From: Chrysemys picta bellii
Taxonomy: Eukaryota
Length of the DNA stretch: 64,000 nucleotides
Assembly (NCBI RefSeq): GCF_011386835.1
Contig: NC_088797.1
Span: forward strand, 5,270,001-5,334,000
Direction: 5' to 3'
Shown: one piece after another, positions 24,201-37,955 of the stretch
How positions within the stretch are numbered: the stretch's first letter is position 1
Layout: the number at the start of each line of letters is the position of its first letter
Notes under the pieces: model-generated
What the model was told of the DNA's origin: nothing
Database searches by the model: none
Seen by the model: only the letters and a program-made list of their open reading frames with translations
Made by a program: the position numbers and the translations under genes

Positions 24201-27200
24201 TACAGCACAACAGTTGACAGTTTCCCTTCTGTGAAGATGCTGTAGGATGCAGTAAGTTGGTGTTATACCACAACTGATCAGCAGGGTATTAGGAAGATTG
24301 TCCTGAATTGCTGGGCAAGTAGGTCAGCTTTGCTTCAGTTTGTACACATTTATCTACCGGTTATATTTGGTATTGAATCACATAAAGTTTTATACCATGT
24401 GGTATTGAACCTAGCTGACAGTTTGTCCATAGGTAGAGACCCTTCTCCATGGTGGGTTCTGATAATATTAGCTCTTTATTTGCTGGAATGCACTATTAGT
24501 GGTGCATCAACCATCATGATTCCACAATTCAGGAAACAGTTTTTAAAAAACCTGGCTAAATATCCACTGATCATATTTATTTGGCAAGTATGCTGCTTAT
24601 AAGTTTGGAAATACTTTAAAAAAAATTTCAGTTCACCATTGAAGTATTGTACAGACACTTGAATTATATCAAATTAAATATCGATCTCGTAAATATATAA
24701 AACAAAGTAAGTAAATTCCTAATAGAAATGCAATAAATGCCTTCTATAATTGGTTAAAATAATTAACTTCTTTGAATCATTCTAATTGAAAACTGGAAAG
24801 CATCCGTTAACCTTATAATCATGTTAGAGTTAATTAAAACAAAATCCATTTTATTTATGAAGTTGATGTTCAAGTACACAGGGGATGGGAATGAAACAGA
24901 AGGGACTGGCATTTTTCAGGTAATGAGATTAATGCATCTGAATTCAGAATCAATTGAAAGATCATCAGTAATAACCTCTATGATTTTTCTTGTTTGTAAC
25001 TGCTGGTTTGCTGCCTCAGGTACTAGGTACGTGATGTAAAATGTCCAGTGGTGCTGTGTCACATTCCTGATGCATAGTCTTTGAAGTGACACTTCAAAGA
25101 ATGCTGACACATACTGCTATCACACAGGAGTTACAGTCATGGTCAGCAGGGAAGAGATTAAAATAGTTAGGTTCAAAGCCTAACGCAATGTGGTATATGA
25201 TATAAATATTACGCACCTGGGAAACCAACATCTGTGTTAATGAATGACATTTTTAATATAAAATTGCAGTGATTTCTTAAATTAGTTCCATAAATATATC
25301 ACCATTTGATATGATTCTTAACTTTTCTTTTTTTATACAAACTATTTGATTTGGTAAAAAGTGCTATAACTATGTATAGATAGAATAGAGACTACAGTAT
25401 TTCTGAGGCTCTAGTTATTTATTTTATTTACATTCTCTAGAAAATAGATTTGTTAATTGCCATATTATTATACTCTGGCTTTCTGTGTCACAAAAGTGAT
25501 AGTCAAGTTTACATCATATCTTCCTAGCTCTCAGCTGGGGGGAAAATTGATTAAGCTATAAGTGATTTGAAATACCACTGCTCTGTTGCTGAGTCAGTAT
25601 GTACTAGTAACTAAGATTTTACCAGCGCCTAATCAGATCTGTCCCCTCGAATGTAATGTGGATGATTGAGGGAATTGACCATTCTTGCATAGACTTCTGC
25701 TGTGATAATTTGCATGGGGAAGGGTTGTAAATATTTTTGTTGAAACATCAAAATCCTTAAAAAAATAAAATAAAAAAAATCATGCCGGTGTCATGGACGA
25801 GAGAAAATTTGAGCATGAAAATGTCTGTTCTGCATTTTTAGTGTGTCTAAGTAATTTTTGCTGCAATCTGCAATTTATTGTAATCTAAGTTTTTTAGCTT
25901 TTTTTTTTTTAAATCCTTTTTTCCCCCTATTACAAAAGCACAGCTGCCATAAAGAAAACCAATGTGCTTCGGCTGTGTAAAAAGCCAACAACAAAAGGGT
26001 ATCTAGTACAAAAACTACATTATTTAAATGTATCGTTCTAACATTACTCATTGAATCAGAAAATTCATAACCGGTACTTCTATTGACAAATGGTTTGTAT
26101 AGCACACACTGTGTACATGGAGAGAGACATCTTAACAGTCTGGTAATCAAAAATATTATCTGTATATGATTGATTTCATGTTAGCATGTAAACCTTGATA
26201 TTTCTATTTCCTGAATTCTGTTGAGTTTAATTTTGTAATCTTTACATTAAATTAATGTAGCGCTTTTGAGTTTATTTGTATTGAGTATGTATTGAACATT
26301 TTTCTACCACAAAAAGACTTTTCAGAAATGACTTTATGATATTGTGAGAGTGTCTTATCCAAAATAATGTAGGACATAGCATGGATTCTTTGACATGCAC
26401 TATGATGAAAAATTGTGTACGTGTGTACAGCTCTTTTTATGTAATATAAACTATGTTATACAAAAATGGCTAGGGAAATTTCAAATACCATTAATTCTCT
26501 GAATAGTAATTAAAGACCAAATGGGGAATATGCTTTGCAACTGGCTGACTTATCATCATTACTCAAATATCTGATGAAACCCTCATGTAATAGAATACCA
26601 ACTGTGTGTGGTGGGGTGTTTGTTCTGCTGAAAGGATTTAAATCTAATGGTACCTATGTTAAGTTCCAAAACAAGGCAGTAACTTGTAAGGTGGCTCATT
26701 GAAATAAATGGAGGATTGAATGTAACAAATCTGAACTAAAATAGTACAGTAGTGGTTATTACACAGCTTTAAATGTGTTTTGGGTTTTTTTGAGTAATTA
26801 TGTATAACAGAATTTGTGTTCAAAGAATTTTACTAAATATTTAATGGTTATTGGCTGATATGATACATGCTTTATATATCGCTTGAGCCTGTAATTAGAC
26901 CTCACAGCTGCATTGTAGATTGCAGGTGCATCCATACATGACACACTTCTCTTATTATGCCTCTGCTCTTGTCAGTACTCAGGATATTGAAATTTTTCAA
27001 GAATCCTAAATCTTGGAGATCAGGGTAATTGTAAATCTCAATATTCTGTATCCTCACAGGAACAGAAAAAAAGCTGTAGAAAAAAGTATAATGTGCATTT
27101 GCTCATAATGTTGAAAGAAAACCAGTGGCTATGGGTTTATGTTTAGGATTCCTAGAGTAATTTTAACTTAAAATACATTGCAAAGCTCCCTTTTTTCTAA

Positions 27201-27655
27201 GTGTGTGTGTGGGGGGGACAGGAATCTGATTTTTGGGGGGATGCAGGATGACTTAATCCTGGGAAAATGCATTGTAAGGTATGTTATTTCTATCCTGTCA
27301 ACTTTCACCACAGTAAATTCTGTCTTAAATTTGGGGAAGGGGGGAATCTACCTTTAGTGCAATGCATCGTTTCTCAGCTTTGCAATACTTGGTATTATTG
27401 AAAGAATAGAATGTATACATGCAGGAGACTGGCTACAGACATAGGATTGCCCTTAAAGGTTCTGCTTTGGAACATTGCTATTGGTCAGTAACAATGCCAT
27501 TCAGTTGTTGATAGTTTTTGGGGTGTCATTTGACTGAGAGACTTACAGTACTGGGTATCCTTAGTATGTTTGTTTATTGATTTATTTGGGTTTAAATATA
27601 ACAACTGCGTTCTAGGCATTCTTACTATAACTAAAAATGCGATATAAAAATAATC

Positions 27656-28473
27656 TAGGGTTACCATATTTCAGCAAGCAAAAAAGAGGACGGGAGGAGC
27701 CCCGCCCCTGCCCCTTCCACTCCCTCCCACTTCCCCCCCCCCCCAGAACCCCCAACCCTCTCCCCGCTCCTTGTCCCCTGACTGCCCCCTCCTGAGACCC
27801 TCCCCCCATCCTAACTGGCCCCCTAGGACCCTACCTGTACCCTGACTGCCCCAACCCTTATCCACACCCCCACCCCCAGACAGACCCCTGGGACTCCCAC
27901 GCCCCATCCAACCACTCCCCACCCCCTGACAGCCCCATCCCCAGAACTCCCAACACACACACCCCGCTCCTTGTCCCCGGACTGCCCCCTCCTGGGACCC
28001 CCCCCCCCCAACTGCCCCCCAGGACCCTACCCCCTACGTGTACCCTGACTCCCCAAAACCTTATCCACACCCCCCAGAAAGCCCCCCCCGAACTCTCCAC
28101 CCCCCCCCGTCGACTGCCCCCTCCAGAACCTCCCTGCCCCTTCTCCGACCCCCCGACCCATGCCGCTTGTCCCGGCACGCTTGGCAGCAGTGAGGGAGGA
28201 GCGGGGGAGGAGCTCCAGACTGCCAGAGGCGATCTGCGAATGCAGGGAGGGAGGGAGTGATCTCTGCTGCAGGGGAGGCGGAGGACGGGCTCTCTCTGGC
28301 TGTCGGAGCCCCATGTAAGTGGCACCATCCGGCCGGCTGCCCTGTTACCCGTGCGCGCTCTGTATGGCGGGGGGGGGAGGGGGAGTCCGGACATTTACAA
28401 ATTCCCCCCAGATGCTATTTTTCGCTCAAAAAGCTGGACATGTCCAGGGGAATCCGGACGAATGGTAACCCTA
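27656..28473. mobile_element. hAT-type non-autonomous element with C-rich internal tandem repeats
   Basis: TIRs tagggttaccat / atggtaacccta; perfect 8-bp TSD aaataatc (27648-27655, 28474-28481). Confidence 0.92.
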
Positions 28474-30348
28474 AAATAATCACCAAACCAAAACACCAAC
28501 CTTTCCTTTCTCTGCCCCCTTTCTCAGTCAGCAAACGTACTACAAAACAACCTCCCCCCCATCTTTATGTTCCCCAAAGAACTCTGTTACAGTCACCCCT
28601 TTATAAATGCCTTCTCAAACAGATTAGCTTTACAGTGTGCCCAGAAGGTCAACAGATTTGGGCTATTTCAGACTATACAGGTAGGGATGGGGTGTGAATT
28701 CCAAAGTCAAAGGTTCCTTGCAGAGAACCCTTTGCCAGCAACTCCTTCACTTGCATACCAAGTGAACTCCAATTCAGTCATCTCTGCTGATTGTTAACTG
28801 TGGCCTTAGGGTGTGGGGAATGTCCATTTGTCTTGCCTTATTTTATGCTGAAATTAAAGTTCTTTATTATGTGGAACAGCACAAGTAGAAACATTAGGTT
28901 CAGATTTTTAAAAAGTGTCTAAATTTGTGCATGCAAATTTGATGGTTGGATGTGCACCTGGTTTGCACATGCAAACCATGTTTGCAGTAGCACATGCTGT
29001 ATGCATGCACAAATGACAGCAGATGCACATTTAAAAGCCAGAGTGAAATGTCCCTGCCTGCTGTGTTTGTTTAAAGTTTTCCAGAAGTTAAATTGTTTCA
29101 AAAGGTGTTAAATGAGGATTGATGAATTAATTCATCTTTTGCATCTCTTAAAAGCCAAAGGGTTGTCATTGTTTTTAAATTAATACGTTTTCCCTAATTC
29201 CCGTGTTACTAATTGCAAAAGCTACAGTATATTTATATTCACTGACGAACTATTGAAATCACTTGCAAAGCAAGGAAAGTCAAACTCCATCTTAACACGC
29301 CCTATTATTCTTACTTAATGCAGTCTAGAAATATTGTAATTTTAATATAAGCACTAGATTAGCCAGATCTCTGTCGACCACTGTTGGATCCTTATCATAT
29401 ATAATGAAGTAGGTTACAGATGAGGTTTGTTTTCACTTTGTATTATCTTTCTTTTTTGAGAGTTAATCAGACTATTACTGACCACATATTTATCTACTAA
29501 TTTTATTTTGCTTTGACCAAAGTTAAAGTAGATTGCAGAAAACACAATTTTTAAAAAAATCTTCTGTATATTTGTTGTACAAGCTAATTTTGAAATCATG
29601 TAGTATATAGCTGAACAAACTGCTTTTATCCATTTAGGTCAGAAATTCATTTTTTAAAACAGACATGCTCACGCATACATAACAAAAAAGTAATAGATTT
29701 AAAGGGACAATATGTAAAATCTTGCCTTTTAAAAAAAAATAGCTGAAGTATAGCTCATAGGCATATTTAAACTTGTTTGAAATGTGTATCCAAAACTTCC
29801 ATTGGTTTCAAAGCACCTTTTGGATCCTAAGATATTTATATACTATTAATAGGTTAAGTAAATTATCCTTGCATAATTGACAATATATTCTTGTGAAAAA
29901 TGAAGATAAAGCTAAAATATATATTTTACTAGTAAAATTTTTGTTTTAAATTAAGGGAAATAACTTAACATTCCTAAAACACCTCTAATATTATCAAAGG
30001 TTAGACAGATATGCTTTGCGAATTAAAAATGAGCATCAGATTAGAAATATAATTCTTTACATTGTTGACTACCAAAGTACACAGTAGAACTGTGACATCA
30101 ATTTGATTTTTGACATTAATATTGATATATAGATAGATGTGAATGCTCACGAGTGCTGAACTGTTGGCTCTGTTTCTGAAAAATAGTATTGAAGCAAATT
30201 GTTTTGACAGTAAAACTTCTTAAAAAACATGTGTGGCCATTACAGAAAGTTGAATGTGTGTGTAAAAGATAAGATTTTTGTGATGCCAACTTTGACAGCA
30301 CCTGGTCTCCTTTAGTTTTCAGCTCAAAGATATAGATGGCCTCTCTTA

Positions 30349-30612
30349 GGGTATGTCTATTCTACCCGCCGGATCAGCGGGCAGCGATTGATCCGGCGGG
30401 GATTGATTTTATCGCATCTAGTCTAGACGCGATAAATCAACCCCCAAGAGCTCTCCCGTCGACTCCTATACTCCAGCACCGCAAGAGGCGCAAGCGGAGC
30501 CGACGGGGGAGTGGCAGCAAGTCGACTCACCGCGGTGAAGACACCACGGTAAGTAAATCTAAGTACGTAACTTAGATCGATTACCCCCCTCCCCCCCAGT
30601 GTAGACCAGGGC
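30349..30612. mobile_element. PIF/Harbinger-type MITE, CpG-rich
   Basis: Ends gggtatgtcta / agtgtagaccagggc; 3-bp TSD TTA on both sides; internal palindrome ttttatcgcatctagtctagacgcgataaa. Confidence 0.85.
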
Positions 30613-32249
30613 TTAGAAATAGGGAATACCTGTCTTTAGAACAAAGGAAGACTTTATTTAGGATGACTTGTTGCCATTATTATTTATTATTCTTGCCAGA
30701 ACCTGTGGTCGGGAACTATCCTTGTTGTACCACTGGCTCTACAAGCACAGTACAACACAGAGCAAGTCTTGTCTGCACCGTGAAAATTGCGTGATGCAGA
30801 CAACTGATATCAGCAACATGTCCAGTTGAATTTAGAGGGTTTTTTAAACATGATTCTAGTACAATTTTACCTTGTTGATGATGCTGGCTATAAATCCTGT
30901 GGTAGAAACCAGTTTAAGTGGAACTGCATTTAAACAGATGCTTCCCATTTGAAATCTAGCACCTCGATGCCAAACTGAAAAGGCCAACCTCAAGTGTTCA
31001 AAACTCAGGAGTCAGACTCCCCACCCCAAGTCAGGAGAGTTTAAAAATAAATGAGGGTTCATTTTATTTGCCCTCTGGTATTGAGCATTTAGGGTTCACT
31101 CTTTTCTCAATGGCCATGAGCTCTACAAACATCCTTTTTATTTTAAACAGAAGCTGAGATTTTGTGATAAGTTGATTCCAGCAGCCGAAGCAAGGTACTG
31201 CAAGACTCATGCTAAAAATTGCAAGAGTTAGTAACATGTATTTTAAACAAGGTGTTGAATAGTTTATGGTATTACACCTGTGTTTGGATCTGTTATATTA
31301 CATTACAGTGAGTAGATACCTAAAGTTAACTCTGCCTGAATAAAAACTGTCCGAACTGTAATATCAGGTTTATATTGTACTTAAGGCATTTTGTTCCACC
31401 TTTTTGTCTGAATCAGGTGTTCTAGATAATTTAAACATTTTGCTATTCACAGCAGCCAGTGGAATGCACATTGCCACTTTATATTAAATAGCAACCAACA
31501 CCAACCTATTTGTAATAGTACATTAGTCAGGCCTGGCCATTTTTATTTAGACTTACCAAGCTACTTTTTACCTGAAAATACATACAGGGTGAAAGGTGGA
31601 TCTCTGGAAAGGTTAGAGCTAGAAATATTAATGCAGTACTTTTATGGGAAATGCTTTTACTTAAATCTGTCTTCAGATTTGTATCCTTTTACCAAGTCTC
31701 TGAAATAGTAAGTAGTTTTTCCCCACCCTTGCTTTTGTCTGCCCTTTTGCTTTCTCTCTCTCTTCCTCTGTTTCACTTTTCACTTCCATCTCTGTTTTTA
31801 CACTGCAGCGAGCACACTTCTGCAAAAAAGAGGAATTTTGTGCATTGATCTCTGAAAACAGTCCGATTTAGGGCTCATTTTGATCTCTTCCACTAAATTA
31901 TTCCACTATTTTGGACCCAGCATTGAAGCTACCTGAAAGTTTCACAGTTTTGGATGAGAAATTGGTCTTAGTAGGTCCCCTAGTTAAGTATCAGGACCTC
32001 AGATTAAATTTTGAAATAAAGAGGGAATCTGTGGAGAGTTTGGAGTGCAATTGAGATCGGAATCAGCTGCTGAATGATGCCAAAGCTGGGCATTAATTTA
32101 TAAAACTTTTTGTTTTTTCTATAATATGTCATGGAGCAGGAATACACAGATGCTATTACTTTTTATGTCTATGAACATGAATTTCCCCAATGAAATGGTG
32201 CTGAAAAGAAAATACTAAAAATATGCAGAAAACACAAGATGACCTAAAC

Positions 32250-33036
32250 TAGGGTTACCGTACGTCCGTTTTTTCCCGGACATGTCCAGCTTTTTGGTAA
32301 TCAAACCCCCGTCTGAGGGGAATTTCCAAAAAGCCGAACATGTCCGGGAAAAATACTCCCTGGCTTACCTTAGAGCGGGCGCCGGGGGCTGCTGTGCTCC
32401 CTGACTCCTGGGCTCTGTAAGCGCCAAGCTGCCCGAGCGCTACCGGCTTCGGGCAGCCCCCATGCCTCCGGACCCTGCGCCCCCGGAGCCCAGGAGGGGA
32501 AGTGCCCGGCCGGCGGTGCAGGGTCCGGAGGCATGGGGGCTGCCCGAAGCCGGTAGCGCTCGGGCAGCTCGGTGCTTACAGAGCCCAGGAGTTCAGGGAG
32601 CACAGCAGCCGCCGGAGCCTGAGAGGGAAAGTGCCCGGTTGGGGACGCAGGGTCCAGAGGCACGGGGGCTGCCTGAAGCCTGAGCACTGCCGGCTTCACG
32701 GTTTGCCGGGCGGCCTTCAGACCCTGCGCCCCCGGCTGGGCGCTTCCCCTCCCGGGCTTCAGCTGTGCTGGGGAAGCACCGGCCGGGGGCGCAGGGTCTG
32801 GGGGCTGCCCGGCAAACCGTGAAGCCGGTAGTGCTCATGCAGCCCTTTTCGCGTGGCTGGGAAGGAGGAGGGGGAATGCGGGCGCTCAGGGGAGGGGGCA
32901 GAGTTAGGACGGGGACTTTGGGGAAGGGGTGGAATTGGGGCAGGGAAGGGGTGGAGTTGGGGCGGGGCCGGAAAGGGGCGGGGCCAGCACCCTGTGGAGT
33001 GTCCTCTTTTTTTATTTTTTAAATATGGTAACCCTA
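32250..33036. mobile_element. hAT-type non-autonomous element; same termini as 27656, opposite orientation
   Basis: TIRs tagggttacc / ggtaacccta; perfect 8-bp TSD acctaaac (32242-32249, 33037-33044). Confidence 0.92.
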
Positions 33037-33729
33037 ACCTAAACATGATGACACATCCTTCATGTAGGACAAGAAATGGTAGCTCAGTCTCAAAAGCACT
33101 TTGCTGTAGCAAACCTGCTGAACTTCAGGGTACTTGCTGCTTGGTTTAATGGGTTAATTCAAACTTCCCCTTCAAAAGCAATGTTTTTTCCTCTTCAGTA
33201 GAAATTTTTCTGCACTAGGCTTTTGCCAAGTATAAAGCATTTTGCTTCTGAAATAAATGTGCAGTAATGCAATAAGTACAGTCAAGAAAATCTCTGAGCA
33301 TATAACATGGATAATTCTTTCAGTAGTGGATGAAGAATACAGGACTAGGAAGCTAGTGGACAGGACTTCTTATAAACTCAGAGTAAAACACAGCACTAGA
33401 ATTAAAATAATCCCACCCCAGAGAAGGCTGAAGTGTGGCTTGAAGGCCAAATACAGCTGCTCTCAGATTCACTGCAAACGTTTGACTCATGAAGAACATG
33501 TGCAACAGCAGGGAATGCAGCCACGTTGCTCACATTGAAAAGGAGAAATGCATGTGGGGAGTTGCGGTGCTCACGGGATGTACATCAATAATAATATAAA
33601 GGCACCTGAAGTCTGCTTTAATTTAGTGCAGCCACTGTGATTCCCACCTTCTACAAAAGATACTGCTTCTCCATTGGCTTCATGTAAATACTAGGTCTAT
33701 TTAAAAAAGACAGTTGGAATCCTACATTG

Positions 33730-33830
33730 AAATTTTTTGTTTGGCCTAGACCGACAGCCCCAGATGAAGGAAGTTATAGTAGCCCAGCCTTGAGATGAAT
33801 GTGTAGATCACAGTTGCAAGTCTCTCACTC
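33730..33830 (-). mobile_element. L2 LINE fragment
   Basis: Minus strand reads VIYTFISRLGYYNFLHLGL, resembling the L2 ORF2 C-terminal motif (F..SRLDYCN.L..GL). Confidence 0.5.
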
Positions 33831-34324
33831 GAGAGGAATGAGCTTGACTGTTAAGTATTTTCAAATGTCATCTTTAAGCTCAAAGTAACGGTACATTGGA
33901 ACTGGCACTGTTGAAATACTATGAACTGCATTAGACTTTTAAATTCAGATTGAATGTGCATGGCATCAAATCAGGATGAATATAAAAGTATAATATTATA
34001 TAGCATCAATTACAAAATTTTGTAACTCCTAAATGAGGAAAAAGGGGGGAACCAACCATATGAAGGATTCATGTCCCATAGCTCACAGCAGATATTTGGT
34101 ATTGAAATGTCTTTGTTAAAAATATTACCTAGGTTCTCTAGTATTTATAAGATACTTGTTGCACAATACACACATGCTACAGTATGACTGTTTCTCCATT
34201 CCAAAGGTTAAATTCCTCTTCCAAACTAAAGATATAGTTTCACTGAAAACTGCTTGTTGCTTAGCTTGAACAACACTATAGTAATTATGCCAAAATAGGG
34301 GAAGAAGATTATTTTTCTAACATA

Positions 34325-34617
34325 CCAGTAGTAGGTGGGCGCTTAACTGGGACTCAGGAAATTTGGGTTCAATTCCTCGCCCTTCCACAGCCTTCCTGTG
34401 CAATCTTGAGCAAGTCACTTAATTTCTCTGGGCCTTAGTTCCCCATTTGTAAAAAGATGATAATACTTCCTTTCTCCCACTCTGTCTGTCTTGTCAATCA
34501 GACTATAAAATGTTCAGGGTAGGAACTACCCCTTGCCATATGTTTGTACAGTGCCTAGCACAATGGGGTCCCGATCTTGTTTGTGACTTCTAGGCAATAT
34601 TGTAATACAAATAATAA
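34325..34617 (+). mobile_element. MIR-like CORE-SINE with L2-type tail
   Basis: tRNA-like head (gggttcaattcc), core gcaagtcacttaatttctctgggccttagttccccatttgtaaaa, tail tgtacagtgcctagcacaatggg...aataataa. Confidence 0.8.
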
Positions 34618-35674
34618 AGCTAAGGATTTCACTGTACACATTTTAAGAATAATTTTGATAGTAGCGTCATTACAATGCTTTTTTCCACCCATCCTTCACC
34701 TTGGATAGCTTGCATTAGTCCTATTCTTCAATTTTTACATCCATACACAATTAGTAAATTACCTTTTGTTGACCCTCATAGAAATGAAGGTGAAGTGCTA
34801 GACAGTCTGGTGAAACACTTGGATTTGTGACACTAACATTCCAAAGGACTCTTAAAAGCTAAATTAGATACTCTATTATCTAAGTAGTTGTGTGGTAATG
34901 ATTTGAGGTGAAAGTGCAGTTCAGCTGATTTGTGTGAGCCGGCAAGACTTGTGTGTGTACCTCCCCTTGAAGTCGGTTGGAGTTTTGTGTGTACAGTGAA
35001 TGCCTTTTGTGTGGTGTTAGGTGTGTACAGTGAATTCCTTTTGTTAGGTTCAGCTGGTTTTACTTTGTACTAAAATTGTTCCCTCTGAATCGGTTATCTT
35101 TATCACTCTAATACAGTTCTTTGGAACTGTTTCCCTAGAATTTTCAAAATTAGAATTGTAAGTGTTAGAGCTACAGAATATTTCAACACTTCTTAAAAAT
35201 TCTGGGTGTAAGGTTAATCTAAATGTATAGATTGTTGTATAGTTTTTAATGCATAATTTTGTGTTTAGCATGCTGTAGTAAAAGAGAATCTGCCAGGCCT
35301 AATTCTCAGAGCACCAGATGTATTAATTTCATGTAGCACAGTACTTCTGCTCTACATCCCTGCTCTGCTCTTGTGAGCAATGAGAGCATTGAAATGCACT
35401 CAAACCCTGCTCTTTGAGTGCTAGAAATTCTGCTCTGAGTGGGTATATTTCAGTACCCTTTTTTTTTCCCCAAAAGAGTGAACAGATGGAGCAGAAGGAA
35501 GGTGCAGTAAGCATGTGTGTGTTTGTGTGAGATCAAAAGTAAGTACAAACACCATGTTTGTTGTTATCTGGTCACCTTGCAGGGAAGTGAGCATTCTGTC
35601 AATAGTATCCTATATTGGGGAAGCTAATATGTTAAGAATATGAAGGACAATTGAAATACAGCATATTTTTCTTC

Positions 35675-36662
35675 TTTGACTGGGTTACTGGCCTAGCGGA
35701 TGGGAGGAAGCAGTAGATGTGACATATCTTGATTTTAATAAGGCTTTTGACACAATCGCCCATTATATTCACATAAGCAAACTAGGGAAATGCAATCTAG
35801 ATGAAATTATTGTAAAGTGGATGCACAACTGGTTGAAAGACAGTACTCAAAGAGCCGTTATACTCTCCCAGTTTCACAGCGCACCATTTATATCTAGTGG
35901 AGCCCCACAGGGGCCAGTCCTGGGATTGGTTATCATGAGTAACTTGGGTAATAGAGTAAAGAACATGCTCTTAAAATTTGCAGACTACAGCAGCTGCTGA
36001 AAAAGGATCTGGGGGTTGTAGTGGATCACAAATTGAATATGAGTCAACAATGTGATGCAGTTGCAAAAAAGGCTGATATTCTGGGCTGTGTTGTAAGACA
36101 CAGGAGGCGATTGTCCCGCTCTACTCTGCACTGGTGAGGCCTCAGCTGGAGTGCTGCATCTAGTTCTGGGCGCCACGCTTTAGGAAACGTGGACAAATTG
36201 GAGAGAGTCCAGAGAAGAGCAACAAAAATGATAAAAGGTTTAGAAAACCTGACCTATGAGGAAAGATTAAAACAAGTGGGCATGTTTAGTCTTGAGAAAA
36301 GAAGACTGACGGGGGACTTGATAACAGTCTGCACATATGTTATGGGTTGTTATAAAGAGGATGGGTGTCAATTTTTCTCCATGTCCACTGAAGGTAGGAC
36401 AAGAAGTAACGGGCTTGATCTGCAGCAAGGGAGATTTAGCATAGATATTAGGAAGAGCTCTCTCTAACTGTAAAGGTAGTTAAGTTCTGAAATAGGCTTC
36501 CGAGGAAGGTTATGGAATCCCCATTATTGGAGATTAAGAATAGGTTATTTTTAAGAACCTGTCAGGGATGATCTAGGTTTATTTGGTCCTGTCTCAGTGC
36601 AGGGGGCTGGACTTGATGACTTTTTGAGTCCCCCTTCCAGTACTACATTTCTATGAGTCTAT
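35675..36662 (+). mobile_element. CR1 LINE 3' portion
   Basis: YLDFNKAFDTIAH, GAPQGPVLG and KFAD (ORF 35719); [25 protein letters not shown] (ORF 36189); tail ttctatgagtctat. Confidence 0.9.
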
Positions 36663-36689
36663 AAATGTTACTCAGACTGAATATTGGGT

Positions 36690-37005
36690 CTCTATTAGTG
36701 TTAATACACAGTGAGCACATTAGGCCTGTGCTGAAGTCCCATAGATGCCAGTTTAAGGCCTTGGTCCTAATCTTCAAAGCAGTTCATGGATCAGTGGCTC
36801 CAGCTACATTAAAGACTGAAAATCAGTTGATGATCCACTGAGACAGTTGTGCTCTTCTGGGACAGTGTTGTCACAAATATCAGGAGAAAGCTCAGGAGAG
36901 CTGGGGACAAAGCATTTTTGGCTGAGGGGATCCAGCTATGGAAGAAACTTCCAGAGTAGATTAAGTGAATCCAGAGTCTGTTTTTAGGAAATGCTGCAGA
37001 ACCTT
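36690..37005 (+). mobile_element. L2 LINE 3' fragment
   Basis: FKALVLIFKAVHG-like and AGDKAF..EGSSLW..LP-like codons, typical of the L2 ORF2 C-terminus. Confidence 0.55.
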
Positions 37006-37955
37006 CTTCAAAAAAGTCTTGATGCCATAGCAAAAATAACATTCACAATACTGGTCTACCCAGATACCATCCTCCACCCGCCCCACTCCACAAAAGAGCT
37101 TTAAAAAAAAAAAAACAAGCATCAAAAAATAAACAAACATACTCTTAAAACAGTTTTGCCCCCAAAACAGAGAAGAGCCAGATATTCCATGAAGTTCACT
37201 AGGGACCTTGCTGTTGGAAGGCACTGTGGTATTATGGTGATAGGCAGCAGTATAAAACCCTAAGATAGATGATTGTGTAGTAGACCAGGAGTCTAATGTG
37301 CGCACTTCGGAAAATCTGTCCTGTGATTTTGTGTTCTCCTGTTTATAAAACTAATTCCAAATGTTACTTCTATGTATATATTCCTTCCGTATGTTCGGCA
37401 CGGGAATAATCTGAGAAAGGTATGCCCATGTTATGCAAAAATTACCCTGTAATTTGAAACTTTTACAGGAATACATTTTTGTCTATGTGAAAATTTCTGA
37501 TGAACCTTGAGACATTCAGATAATAATTCACCTGTAGTTTCAAAGTACACCTCGATATTTCCTACATATTTGTAAAAGGGTACTTTAAATATAATGATGG
37601 TGTCTCAAAATAATGCCAAGAAGTCCTTCCTATGTTGCCAGATAAGTACCAATAGACAATATTTCCCCCATATTGCCAACAATTTTTTAGCATTCTGTGT
37701 TAAATGATGTAAAGCCTACATTGTAATCCAACCTCACTTTGTTCCCTCCCATATGTTACTTAGGCACTGTGGAGCACAGCTGTAAGTCTGCTTTCCAAGG
37801 ACCCCATCACAAGCCCTGACGTGGGGCATGCTGGGGGGTAGGAAGAAATGTGGGGGTGGAAGCCATATCACCCATCACTGCGACCCACAGGGCAGTCCCA
37901 GGAGGCTGACCTTACTGTGAGCTGCCTATCTTACCCCAGGAATCTCTTTATCTCC

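Noticed and set aside
24905-24926. Other AG|GT sites (ttttcag|gtaatg at 24919; ctgtcag|gtagta near 59620) as recursive sites
   Set aside because: Short pyrimidine tract or weak donor compared with 39500.
27612-28394. Gly-rich ORFs here and at 32370-33149, 41553-42455 and 52308-52838
   Set aside because: All lie inside repeat elements with low-complexity interiors.
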